In this document: in pieces, positions 44,773 to 53,064 of the stretch
How the letters are laid out: the number at the start of each line of letters is the position of its first letter
Position numbering within the stretch: position 1 is the stretch's first letter
DNA from: Candidatus Babelota bacterium
Lineage (GTDB): Bacteria > Babelota > Babeliae > Babelales > JABDEC01
Assembly (NCBI GenBank): GCA_013287265.1
Contig: JABDEC010000002.1
Span: 10,105 to 74,104 of the forward strand
Direction: 5' to 3'
Length of the DNA: 64,000 nt
The notes under the pieces: generated by a model
Databases searched by the model: none
Seen by the model: only the letters and a program-made list of their open reading frames with translations
Told to the model about the DNA's origin: nothing
Translations under genes and position numbers: made by a program

Positions 44773-44845
44773 GGGCCGCTAGCTCAATTGGTAGAGCAGT
44801 AGACTCTTAATCTGCGGGTTCTTGGTTCGATTCCAAGGCGGCCCA
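44773..44845 (+). tRNA. tRNA-Lys (anticodon CUU)
   Basis: Folds as a cloverleaf by hand: acceptor GGGCCGC/GCGGCCC, D arm GCTC-AATTGGTA-GAGC, anticodon arm GTAGA-CTCTTAA-TCTGC, T arm CTTGG-TTCGATT-CCAAG, discriminator A. CCA is not encoded. Confidence 0.95.
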
Positions 44846-44870
44846 TAAAATGTAATGAAAGCAAAAGTAC

Positions 44871-44957
44871 GCAAGAGTGGCGGAACTGGCAGACGCACTG
44901 GACTTAGGATCCAGCTCCCGAAAGGGAATGGGGGTTCGACTCCCTCCTCTTGCACCA
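44871..44957 (+). tRNA. tRNA-Leu (anticodon UAG), class II with a long variable arm; CCA encoded
   Basis: Acceptor GCAAGAG/CTCTTGC, anticodon arm CTGGA-CTTAGGA-TCCAG, variable arm CTCCCGAAAGGGAAT, T arm GGGGG-TTCGACT-CCCTC, then ACCA. Confidence 0.93.
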
Positions 44958-44975
44958 AAATTAAAAAAGGAAGTA

Positions 44976-46289
44976 ATGATGATATCAAAAACAAATATCA
45001 CAGATCTCAAATTTGATATTGGACAAATTCAATCCAACCAAACAAAATTAGGATTATTTTTAATTACTGTTCCTTCATATTTAGTTAATAAATTGTATAA
45101 ACAAGCTGTAATCTCACAAAAAAATGAAATTTCAACTCATGGTTTTCAAAAAAATAATGTTCCAATTGCTTATATAGAAAAAAATTTTAAATTAAACATA
45201 ATTGAACATTTAAAAGAATTTATTTTAAAATATTTTGTAATTAGTTTTTTATATAATGAACTTAAAAAAAATAAAATTGTAATTGCTGGAGAACCACGCT
45301 TAAATAAAATAAATCTGGATTTAGAAAATGATGCTGAATATTATTTTGAATTTACGCCAACAACAAAAATAAATCTCGAAGATTGGAAATTTTTGCCATT
45401 CAAATCACCTAAAAGAAAAAATTATAAAGATTTAGACAAACAAGCAACTGCATTTATAAAAGAAGAAACTTATAAAGTAAAAAAAAATGAAGCCGTGGAA
45501 ATTGGAGATTGGGTTTGCTTTGACATATATCCAGTGGATGACAACAAAAATCAAATATTTGGAGATTTTAAAGATAATTTATGGCTTCAAATTGGGGATG
45601 ATGAACCATGCATACCATTTCAGGAATTGTTTTTAAATAAAAAACAAGGTGATAAATTTTATTCAAATTCACATTGCCTGCAATCATACTTTGATAATCA
45701 AATAAATTCATATTATAACTTTTTTATTGATATAAAAGACGTTTTGAGCAAATATTCGTTTTCAATTGATTACTTGAAAGAACATTTTAAATTAAAATCA
45801 AATAAAAGCATTCATCAAAAATTAATTGAAGTTTTTTCATTCAGAAATGATTTATCATTGAGGCGAGCGATTGTTGAGGAATTATTTGATTTATTTTTTT
45901 CAAGAATTCAATTTGAAGTGCCAGCTCCCGCAGTTTTAAGACAACAAAAAATTCTTTTAGATTTAGTTCAAACTAATCCAGATTATCCTGTTTACAAAAT
46001 GCAAAAAGAATTTGATGAAAAAATAAAAATGTTAGCACACAAACAAATAAAAGAAATGATTTTAATTGATTATTTAACTCATTTTGAAGAAATTGATTCT
46101 ATGCATCAGGACATCAAATATTATTTAAATTTGGCAAACAGGCCTAGAACAAAAGAGTTTATTTATTTTCAACATCCGATTATTAAAGCAAATGAACAGG
46201 AATATCCTATTCAATCAGAAGTTTTAAAGCAATATTGTTTAAGAGAAAAAACGTTAAACCATGCAATTAATTATTTAACAAGAATGTAA
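44976..46289 (+). CDS. tig: Trigger factor (divergent)
   Basis: N-terminal GFQKNNVPIAYIEKNF (compare GFRxGKxP). FKBP-like segment CFDIYPVDDNKNQIFGDFKDNLWLQIGDDEPCIPFQELFLNKKQGDKF. The start at 44976 follows AAGGAAG; the track start overlaps tRNA-Leu. Confidence 0.72.
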   Translation: MMISKTNITDLKFDIGQIQSNQTKLGLFLITVPSYLVNKLYKQAVISQKNEISTHGFQKNNVPIAYIEKNFKLNIIEHLKEFILKYFVISFLYNELKKNKIVIAGEPRLNKINLDLENDAEYYFEFTPTTKINLEDWKFLPFKSPKRKNYKDLDKQATAFIKEETYKVKKNEAVEIGDWVCFDIYPVDDNKNQIFGDFKDNLWLQIGDDEPCIPFQELFLNKKQGDKFYSNSHCLQSYFDNQINSYYNFFIDIKDVLSKYSFSIDYLKEHFKLKSNKSIHQKLIEVFSFRNDLSLRRAIVEELFDLFFSRIQFEVPAPAVLRQQKILLDLVQTNPDYPVYKMQKEFDEKIKMLAHKQIKEMILIDYLTHFEEIDSMHQDIKYYLNLANRPRTKEFIYFQHPIIKANEQEYPIQSEVLKQYCLREKTLNHAINYLTRM

Positions 46290-46291
46290 AA

Positions 46292-47218
46292 ATGGAAAAA
46301 AAAATTTATTCATTAATAATTATAGGTTCAGGTCCATCAGGTTTGACTGCTGGAATATATGCAGGCAGAGCTCAGTTGAATCCATTAATAGTTGAAGGAC
46401 CAAATCCTGGTGGCCAATTAATGGGTACAAGTTATATTGAAAATTGGCCCGGAGAAATAAAGATTTTAGGTCCCGAATTAATGAAGAAGATGAAAGAACA
46501 AGCGGAATTTTTTGGCTGCACATTTTTAGCCGAGTCAGTAGAAAAAGTAGATTTTTCAAAAAGACCTTTTACATTATGGACAAAAAATAAAGAGATTCAA
46601 GCAAAATCAATTATTATAGCATCCGGAGCGTCATCAAAAAAATTACAATGTCCTGGCGAACAAGAATATTGGGGTAAAGGAGTCACTACTTGCGCAGTTT
46701 GTGACGGATTCTTGTACAAAGATAGACCAGTAATAATAGTAGGTGGCGGCGATAGCGCGATGGAAGAAGCATCATTTATGACAAAATTTACCGACCAGAT
46801 AACTATTATTCAAATATCAGAAAAATTGAGCGCCTCCAAAGTTATGCAAGATAGAATTTTAAAAAATCCTAAAATAAAAATTTTATATAACAGCACAATT
46901 ACAGAAATTAAGGGTGATAATAATCACGTAACTGAAGCCATAATTTCAAATTTAAAAACTAAAGAAACTCAGAGTTTAAAAACAGACGCAATTTTTGTAG
47001 CAATAGGATTAATTCCAAATACTAAAATTTTTAAAGATCAAATCGAACTAGATAAAATGGGATATGTAGCTTTTAAAGATTTTACAAAAACTTCAGTTGA
47101 AGGCGTTTTTGTAGCCGGCGATGCTTCGGATTATAAATATCGTCAAGCAATTACTTCAGCCGGTTCAGGTTGTGCGGCAGCACTTGATGCTGAAAGATAT
47201 CTAAGTCATTCAACTTAA
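46292..47218 (+). CDS. trxB: Thioredoxin reductase
   Basis: IIIGSGPSGLTAGIYAGRA (FAD), the redox-active CAVCDG, VGGGDSAMEEA (NADPH), and GVFVAGDASD. Confidence 0.95.
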   Translation: MEKKIYSLIIIGSGPSGLTAGIYAGRAQLNPLIVEGPNPGGQLMGTSYIENWPGEIKILGPELMKKMKEQAEFFGCTFLAESVEKVDFSKRPFTLWTKNKEIQAKSIIIASGASSKKLQCPGEQEYWGKGVTTCAVCDGFLYKDRPVIIVGGGDSAMEEASFMTKFTDQITIIQISEKLSASKVMQDRILKNPKIKILYNSTITEIKGDNNHVTEAIISNLKTKETQSLKTDAIFVAIGLIPNTKIFKDQIELDKMGYVAFKDFTKTSVEGVFVAGDASDYKYRQAITSAGSGCAAALDAERYLSHST

Positions 47219-47232
47219 TAATTTGAGTATTA

Positions 47233-47640
47233 TTATTTTATAAATTTTTCACTTAATTTATAAATTCCAAATGCTGAAATAAAACCACTAAATAATAAAT
47301 TTAGAAAAAGTGACTTTTCTAACTTATTTTTATAATAATTAATTATTTTATTAGCATTATCCATTTTTGCCAAATAATCATTTTTTTGCACAAGTTTAAG
47401 ACTTACATCGGTTGTAAGGTTGTAATATGTAATGTCAGTATTCAAATCATGTTCGCCTCTAGGCGGAAGTGTTTTATTAATGAAATAATGTAGGGCTTTA
47501 ATGGTTGAAAATCCCCCAACCAATGCCGCTGAATATTTTAAAGCTTCTTTCTTTAATTCAGGGCTGAAATTGAAGGGTTTAATTGGTTGAAAATTCAATA
47601 AAAATAAGAAGGATAATAATAACATTTTTTTAAATATCAT
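47233..47640 (-). CDS. Hypothetical exported/membrane protein
   Basis: Signal peptide MIFKKMLLLSFLFLLNF. C-terminal hydrophobic helix LFLNLLFSGFISAFGIY. Confidence 0.45.
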   Translation of the reverse strand: MIFKKMLLLSFLFLLNFQPIKPFNFSPELKKEALKYSAALVGGFSTIKALHYFINKTLPPRGEHDLNTDITYYNLTTDVSLKLVQKNDYLAKMDNANKIINYYKNKLEKSLFLNLLFSGFISAFGIYKLSEKFIK

Positions 47641-47757
47641 ATTTTACACCTATAATTTATAATAAATAACTCAATAGTTCAATTTGTATTTATAGATATA
47701 TTATCAAATATGTTATTATTTGCAAGTAGAATATTTAATTGGAAAATAGTCTATTAG

Positions 47758-48309
47758 TTAATTTATCCTCTGGCGCTTTGGCGCACCTGGACAAGTTGGT
47801 GGCAATCTACGTCTTTTGGGAGTTTTGGCATTAGGAGATGGTAGACCATATTCACTATCTTCTTCATCATCCCCTTTATTTGAAGGCAATTTTGAAGCAG
47901 TAGTTTCAGAAACATAATCCATAACAACGCTATAAGGATCATTTGTTAACACATTTTTTAAAAAAGCTATTAGCCCATCTTTTTTTATCAATGCCGTCTG
48001 TAAAAGATCTATAATTTTGGGATATTGATTTTTATTATTAAATAATTCATGAAAATGGACATGTGTTTCCAATCCACATAATCCGCCTTGTTCATGTGGC
48101 TTATTTAAATCTTCATACGTTTTTTTTGCCTCTTTCAAAGCTGTTTCTACACCATTCAAACTGGCATTACTTGCTAATTGTTTTACGTTTTCAAAATTTC
48201 CAAGTCTAGCATTAGAAATTAATTGTTCATCAGATAAAGAAATTTCCATATCTGCAGAATAATTAACATTGAAAATTATCATAAATATTACTAAAATAAA
48301 CTTTTTCAT
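47758..48309 (-). CDS. Hypothetical exported protein with a C-terminal bipartite NLS-like tail
   Basis: The start at 48309 (after GGAG) gives the signal peptide MKKFILVIFMIIFNVNYSA. The C-terminus is KTPKRRRLPPTCPGAPKRQRIN. Confidence 0.55.
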   Translation of the reverse strand: MKKFILVIFMIIFNVNYSADMEISLSDEQLISNARLGNFENVKQLASNASLNGVETALKEAKKTYEDLNKPHEQGGLCGLETHVHFHELFNNKNQYPKIIDLLQTALIKKDGLIAFLKNVLTNDPYSVVMDYVSETTASKLPSNKGDDEEDSEYGLPSPNAKTPKRRRLPPTCPGAPKRQRIN

Positions 48310-48399
48310 TTTTAAAATTCTCCATTTAAAATTATACATTATCTATATTATATTCTAATTGAAAATATTTAGAATTTCAAGAGTTTTATAAAATTAATT

Positions 48400-49740
48400 T
48401 TAATCCAATATTGAGCTTTCTCTTTCAATCTCTCTTATTCTTTCTAAATGTTCCTTTTCTTCAATTTTGCTGATTAAATCAACGATGTTTGAACGACCCC
48501 TATTTTTTGCTATATCTTTAGCTGTCTCTCCATTAATATCTTTTAAATTAATATCAGCTCCTGCATCAATAAGAAGTTCTGCAATATCCTCTTGTCCCGT
48601 GAATGCAGCTATCATCAAAACTGTTTTTCCAATTTTACTTTGCAAATTAACATTAGCTCCATTTTTAAGAAGCATTTTTACAATATTTTCATTTCTTGAT
48701 GGTATTGTTAAAAATAAAGCTGAATGTCCCTCTTTATTTGTAATATTAACATCAGCTTTAGCATTAAGAAGAAGCTTTATTATTTCTTCATATGTTTTCC
48801 AATATCGTCCTGAAGATAATTTATCAATAGTTGTTATTAAAGGCGTATCTCCATTTGCATTTTTAACATTAACATCGGCCCCAGCTTTAATAAGAAGATT
48901 TACCATTTCTGGAAATCTATTTTCTATAGCTGCAGTTAAAGGCGTACTTCCAAATTTATTTTGCGTATTAGGATTAGCTTTTGCATCTAAAAGAATTTTT
49001 ATAATTTCTAAAATATTTTTATTTTCTTTGTAATTTGCAAGCCATTTTAAAACCGTATCTCCAAAATAATCTTGCAAATCAACAATTGCTCCATTATCAA
49101 TAAGAATTCTAACTATGTCTGGCAGATCTCGACTTGCAGCCCACATTAAGGCAGTAAGTCCTCTGCCATCTCTAATATTAACATCTGCTTTTGCCTGAAG
49201 AAGCATATTAATAATTTTAAGATATTGTTCAAATCTATCTGAATTTGAATTTATCATTCTTAATGCCGTAATTAAAGGCGTAGCATTATAAAAAGGAGCA
49301 TATGAATGTATTGTTTGATAATTAACATCAACAAATCTACTTCTTAAAATTTCTGCAACTTTTTTTGAATCACCTATTAGAGCAGCAGCAACTAAATCTT
49401 CCCCATTTTGAACCCATAAATCTTCATAATCCTGAAGTAAATCACCAATTTCTCCTGATTTTGCTAAATCTTTTGGAGTTTTGCCTTCTAAATTTTTAAT
49501 CCATGGATTTGCACCAGCTGTTAAAAGCAACGCTACAATCCATTTATCGTTTTCATTCACTGCTTTATGTAATGGAGTATTTCCAAGCGCATCTTGTTGA
49601 TTAACTATTTCACTTTGAGTTTGCGGCGATCCAAATTGTTGTCCTTCTATTTCTGCTGACATTTTCCGTTCGCCAACATCTTTAACTTCAGCTGCAAAAC
49701 AATTAGATATAAAAATTAGAAATAATAATATTTTCTTCAT
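48400..49740 (-). CDS. Ankyrin-repeat protein with a signal peptide (~10 repeats)
   Basis: LGNTPLHKAV, RGLTALMWAA, FGSTPLTAAI, NGDTPLITTI, EGHSALFLTI, IGKTVLMIAA, NGETAKDIA. Confidence 0.9.
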   Translation of the reverse strand: MKKILLFLIFISNCFAAEVKDVGERKMSAEIEGQQFGSPQTQSEIVNQQDALGNTPLHKAVNENDKWIVALLLTAGANPWIKNLEGKTPKDLAKSGEIGDLLQDYEDLWVQNGEDLVAAALIGDSKKVAEILRSRFVDVNYQTIHSYAPFYNATPLITALRMINSNSDRFEQYLKIINMLLQAKADVNIRDGRGLTALMWAASRDLPDIVRILIDNGAIVDLQDYFGDTVLKWLANYKENKNILEIIKILLDAKANPNTQNKFGSTPLTAAIENRFPEMVNLLIKAGADVNVKNANGDTPLITTIDKLSSGRYWKTYEEIIKLLLNAKADVNITNKEGHSALFLTIPSRNENIVKMLLKNGANVNLQSKIGKTVLMIAAFTGQEDIAELLIDAGADINLKDINGETAKDIAKNRGRSNIVDLISKIEEKEHLERIREIERESSILD

Positions 49741-49823
49741 AATTTGTCCTATTAATTCTAATTGTAATGTAAAAATACGTGAAAATTCAAGAATTTAGCG
49801 ATTTAAAGCTAAATTACCCTGCT

Positions 49824-49893
49824 AATTTACAAAATTTAAAGAAAATTATATGATATTTACTGTACAATTAAGTGAAACTTAAGGAAAAAAATG
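49824..49893 (+). repeat. 70-bp direct repeat, copy 1 (a duplicate of the rpmH promoter/5'UTR/ATG)
   Basis: 69/70 identical to 51208..51277. Contains TTTACA-17-TATGAT (49826..49854), AAGGAA and ATG, but here the ATG opens only a 12-codon ORF. Confidence 0.9.
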
Positions 49894-49897
49894 CCTT

Positions 49898-51124
49898 TTA
49901 ATCTGTTTCCGGGCCTTTTCTATTTAAAAATTCCTCAAAATCATGTTGATATATCAATTTTAAAGCAAAACTTCTCTCAGGAGATTTAGGTGAATTAATA
50001 ATAACTTGCGCTATTTCATTTATAGTTTCTAAATCGGAATATTTAAAAATTAATTTAAAAACCTCTGCTACTTGGTATTCAGAGAAATTATATAAATAAT
50101 ATGGCCATCTAATACTTAATTTGATAAGATTATTTCCACCTCTTTCAATGAGAAATTTAATAATTTCCAAAATTTCATTTTGTCGCTTAGAAAAATGCTT
50201 CAAATTTATAATGGCGATTTCTAAAATTGAAAACCCATTAAATATAATGAAAATATCTGCTCCATGTTGAACTATTAATTCCACAATTTGTTTATTTTCT
50301 GAATAAATTGCTGCAACTAAAGGACTTTCTCGATATCCTTCAATATTTACTTCATGGTTAACGTTCACAAATTTATTATTCAATATTTTTAAAATTTCCG
50401 GAATATTTTTTTCTCGAATTGCAAATATCAGGAGCCTAGAATTCTCATTAAAACGTTCTATATATCTTGATATAGTTAACATGATTTTATATTCATTTTC
50501 AGAGGAGAAAAGTGTTGGAGAAAGGCTTTCGTGAAATCTATCATAAAATAAATCTCTAATACTTTTTCCATTATTATTTTTTATAAATGGATCTACAATT
50601 CCAAAATCTAAAAGCAATTTCACTATTTTCGCATTTCCATGAAAAACTGCATGATGAAGTGCTGTAAAACCTGAAATATCTTTATTATTAATTATTTCAT
50701 TAATTCCTTTAAATCCTAAAACTGCTTGCACAATTTCCGGATTTTCTGTAATTACAGCTTCAATTAACGGATTAACATTATCATTATCAGAAATTTTTAC
50801 ATCTGCACCATTTTCTTTTAACAATCGAATTACTTGTAAATTACCCATTCTTGTTGCCCGAATTAAAGGCGTATCTCCGGTTAGTTCATCCCGAATATTC
50901 GGGTTTGTCCCTTTTTTAAGTAATTCTGCAATCTTTTCTAAATTTCCTTCTTCGAGCGTTTCACTTGCAGAACTTAATAATAAAAGAGTTTTTTCATCAG
51001 ATGTTTTTGCCAATCTTGCCTGTTGTTCTTTTAACTCACCTAAACTTTTTCGCTCAACAACATCTTTAACATCGGCCGAAAAACAATTAAATATAAAAAT
51101 TAGAAATAATAATAATCTTTTCAT
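49898..51124 (-). CDS. Ankyrin-repeat protein with a signal peptide
   Basis: TGDTPLIRATRMGNLQVIRLLKENGADV, SGFTALHHAVFHGNAKIVKLLLDFG. The N-terminus MKRLLLFLIFIFNCFSADVKDVVERK is nearly the same as that of 48400..49740. The start at 51124 follows GAGGAAAA. Confidence 0.85.
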   Translation of the reverse strand: MKRLLLFLIFIFNCFSADVKDVVERKSLGELKEQQARLAKTSDEKTLLLLSSASETLEEGNLEKIAELLKKGTNPNIRDELTGDTPLIRATRMGNLQVIRLLKENGADVKISDNDNVNPLIEAVITENPEIVQAVLGFKGINEIINNKDISGFTALHHAVFHGNAKIVKLLLDFGIVDPFIKNNNGKSIRDLFYDRFHESLSPTLFSSENEYKIMLTISRYIERFNENSRLLIFAIREKNIPEILKILNNKFVNVNHEVNIEGYRESPLVAAIYSENKQIVELIVQHGADIFIIFNGFSILEIAIINLKHFSKRQNEILEIIKFLIERGGNNLIKLSIRWPYYLYNFSEYQVAEVFKLIFKYSDLETINEIAQVIINSPKSPERSFALKLIYQHDFEEFLNRKGPETD

Positions 51125-51207
51125 AATTTTCCTCATTATTTCTAATAGTAATTAAATATTAATTGAAAAATCAATATTTTTGCATTATTTTGCATTAATT
51201 GCCAGCC

Positions 51208-51277
51208 AATTTACAAAATTTAAAGAAAATTATATGATATTTACTGTACAATTAAGTGAAACTTAAGGAAAAACATG
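51208..51277 (+). repeat. 70-bp direct repeat, copy 2 (the functional rpmH promoter/5'UTR)
   Basis: See copy 1. This copy ends in the rpmH start codon. Confidence 0.9.
51210..51238 (+). promoter_or_regulatory. Putative sigma70-type promoter of rpmH-rnpA-yidD (TTTACA-17-TATGAT)
   Basis: The sequence reads TTTACA aaatttaaagaaaatta TATGAT. It sits ~37 nt upstream of the rpmH ATG, with AAGGAA in between. Confidence 0.6.
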
Positions 51278-51427
51278 TCAGTTACATTTATTTTAAAACG
51301 TAAAAAACGTAATAGAAAACACGGTTTTAGGGCTAGAATGGCTACGCATGATGGTAGAAAAATAATCAATAGACGCCGCTCAAAAGGCAGAAAAAGATTA
51401 GCTGTTCGCGCAAGAATGGGTAAATAA
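51275..51427 (+). CDS. rpmH: 50S ribosomal protein L34
   Basis: Not in the ORF track (50 aa). Translation: [50 protein letters not shown], with the L34 signature HGFRxRMxT..GR.....RR.KGRKRL. Followed by rnpA. Confidence 0.95.
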   Translation: MSVTFILKRKKRNRKHGFRARMATHDGRKIINRRRSKGRKRLAVRARMGK

Positions 51428-51436
51428 AAAGAATTT

Positions 51437-51766
51437 ATGCCATCAATTGCAGGCCTAATTTCAAGTTTTAAAAAAGAAGAAGTAGAGCAGATTTTTAAAA
51501 GGCCAAAAGAAAGAATAAAAACTGAATGGTTTGATATTCTTTTGGCATTAAAAAAAAATGATTTTGGGCGTATTTTGGTGATAACATCAAGAAAAATAGG
51601 AAATTCGCCAAAACGAAACAAAATTAGAAGAAGATTGAAATCTATATTTTACGAAGACAAATTGTATGAATTGCCTTATGACTGCGTTGTAATTGCAAAA
51701 AAAGAAGGCATCGTATTACCCTTTGATCAGTTAAAAAATATGTTTATTTCAATATTGAAAAAATGA
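51437..51766 (+). CDS. rnpA: Ribonuclease P protein component
   Basis: ILVITSRKIGNSPKRNKIRRRLKSIF (RNR motif region). Conserved rpmH-rnpA-yidD order. Confidence 0.85.
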   Translation: MPSIAGLISSFKKEEVEQIFKRPKERIKTEWFDILLALKKNDFGRILVITSRKIGNSPKRNKIRRRLKSIFYEDKLYELPYDCVVIAKKEGIVLPFDQLKNMFISILKK

Positions 51767-51981
51767 AGATCTTAAGCAATTTGCTCATTGGTTTAATAAT
51801 TGGATTAAGACCATTACTTGGACCAAGTCCAAGTGGTTTTTGTAGGTATAAAATTGGTTGTACGGAATTTGCAATAAATCAGCTGGAAAATCAAACTTTA
51901 TTTAAAGCAATTTATTTAATAATAAAAAGATTATTTTCCTGCAATCCATTTAATAAAAATTACCTAAAATTTAGTGAATAA
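51763..51981 (+). CDS. yidD: Membrane protein insertion efficiency factor YidD
   Basis: CRYKIGCTEFAINQLENQTLFKAIYLIIKRLFSCNPF matches CRFxPTCSxY...G...G.....RIxRCxP. ATGA overlap with rnpA. Confidence 0.85.
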   Translation: MKILSNLLIGLIIGLRPLLGPSPSGFCRYKIGCTEFAINQLENQTLFKAIYLIIKRLFSCNPFNKNYLKFSE

Positions 51982-52002
51982 TTCATAAGCAAAGGAGTTA
52001 AC

Positions 52003-52695
52003 ATGTTTAATAATAGCGACTATAAAATTGTACAAACAAGTAGTCCAAATTTTTTCAGAAGAGTTTATGGCTGGCTTACTCTGCAATTAGTCTTAACGGG
52101 AATTGTTGCGGGTTATGTTGTTCAATCACCATCAATTTTAACTTTTTTATTTAAAAATAGTTGGACTGTTTTATGTTTAGTTTTATTTAAATTTCTTTTA
52201 GTTGGAACTCTATCAACATTTGCATTGCGCTTAAGTCCAATGATGTGTGTGGCATTATCAACAGGATTTAGCGTTTTAACTGGTATTACTTTATCAGCAA
52301 TTTTCTTTATTTATACTTATAATTCGATAGCAACAGCATTTATTGTTGCTGCTTCAATGTTTGGTTTTATGTCAATTTATGGATACGTGACAAAAACTGA
52401 TTTATCCTCACTAAGAAGTTTTTTCTTAATGGCATTATTTGGGTTATTTGTTGCTGGAATTGTAAATATGTTTTACAGTAATTCGGTTTTTGAATTTATT
52501 TATTCAATAGCTGGCGTAATTATATTTACTTTATTAACCGCTTATGATGTGCAAAAATTAAAAGAAATTTCAACTTTTGTAAGCAATGAAGAAGAAGCTA
52601 GTAAAATTGCAATTGTGGGTGCATTACAACTTTATCTTGATTTCATCAATTTATTTTTATTCTTACTAAGATTATTTGATAGAAAACGTAAGTAA
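52003..52695 (+). CDS. Bax inhibitor-1/YccA family membrane protein
   Basis: FFRRVYGWLTLQLVLTGIVAGYV, seven hydrophobic segments, and TAYDVQKLK...GALQLYLDFINLFLFLLRLF. Confidence 0.88.
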   Translation: MFNNSDYKIVQTSSPNFFRRVYGWLTLQLVLTGIVAGYVVQSPSILTFLFKNSWTVLCLVLFKFLLVGTLSTFALRLSPMMCVALSTGFSVLTGITLSAIFFIYTYNSIATAFIVAASMFGFMSIYGYVTKTDLSSLRSFFLMALFGLFVAGIVNMFYSNSVFEFIYSIAGVIIFTLLTAYDVQKLKEISTFVSNEEEASKIAIVGALQLYLDFINLFLFLLRLFDRKRK

Positions 52696-52704
52696 GATTA
52701 TCAA

Positions 52705-52735
52705 CTGAGCAAAGACAAGATTTGTCTTTGCTCAG
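52705..52735. terminator. Perfect 13-bp hairpin between convergent genes (probable bidirectional terminator)
   Basis: CTGAGCAAAGACA-agatt-TGTCTTTGCTCAG, starting 10 nt after the BI-1 stop. The T-tract is weak. Confidence 0.55.
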
Positions 52736-52767
52736 TAATCTAAAAATTATAAAAAAATTTTAAAATA

Positions 52768-53010
52768 TTATCTCGTGCAACAAATACATTGACATTGTTG
52801 ACCGGTACTGCATATAACGCCTTGAACTATTGGTGCATTTTCCATACAATGTCTTTCTTTGCAGCCTCTCAAAAGTCTTTGAGTTTCACCCCATGTGTCA
52901 TTTCTACGCATAAATCTTGTATTAACGTTGTAGCAAGTTTGTGAAAAAACATATTGCGATTGAAAAATAATGATTATTACTGTGACAAAAATAAATCTGA
53001 TTAATTTCAT
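52768..53010 (-). CDS. Small secreted cysteine-rich peptide
   Basis: Signal peptide MKLIRFIFVTVIIIIFQSQYVFSQ. The ~56-aa mature part has 9 Cys and ends CQCICCTR. RBS GGAGGA upstream. Confidence 0.55.
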   Translation of the reverse strand: MKLIRFIFVTVIIIIFQSQYVFSQTCYNVNTRFMRRNDTWGETQRLLRGCKERHCMENAPIVQGVICSTGQQCQCICCTR

Positions 53011-53064
53011 AAATCCTCCATTTCAATCTAATTATAATTGATCTAAAAGCTTTAAATCAATAGT

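Noticed and set aside
44779-45010. ORFs 44779..44994 (-) and 44807..45010 (-), and the 44877 start of the trigger factor ORF
   Set aside because: They overlap tRNA-Lys and tRNA-Leu, and the open frames are a by-product of the GC-rich tRNA sequence. The tig start was moved to 44976.
48467-49033. A 188-aa ORF on the plus strand
   Set aside because: It is antisense to the ankyrin-repeat gene 48400..49740. The periodic repeat structure keeps the opposite strand open, and the sequence is hydrophobic and low-complexity.
49891-49929. A 12-codon ORF (MPFNLFPGLFYL) behind the duplicated rpmH promoter copy
   Set aside because: It is too short and is an accidental product of the duplication. Only the promoter copy itself is reported.
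51241-51621. A 126-aa ORF on the minus strand
   Set aside because: It is antisense to rpmH and rnpA, both clearly recognisable on the plus strand.
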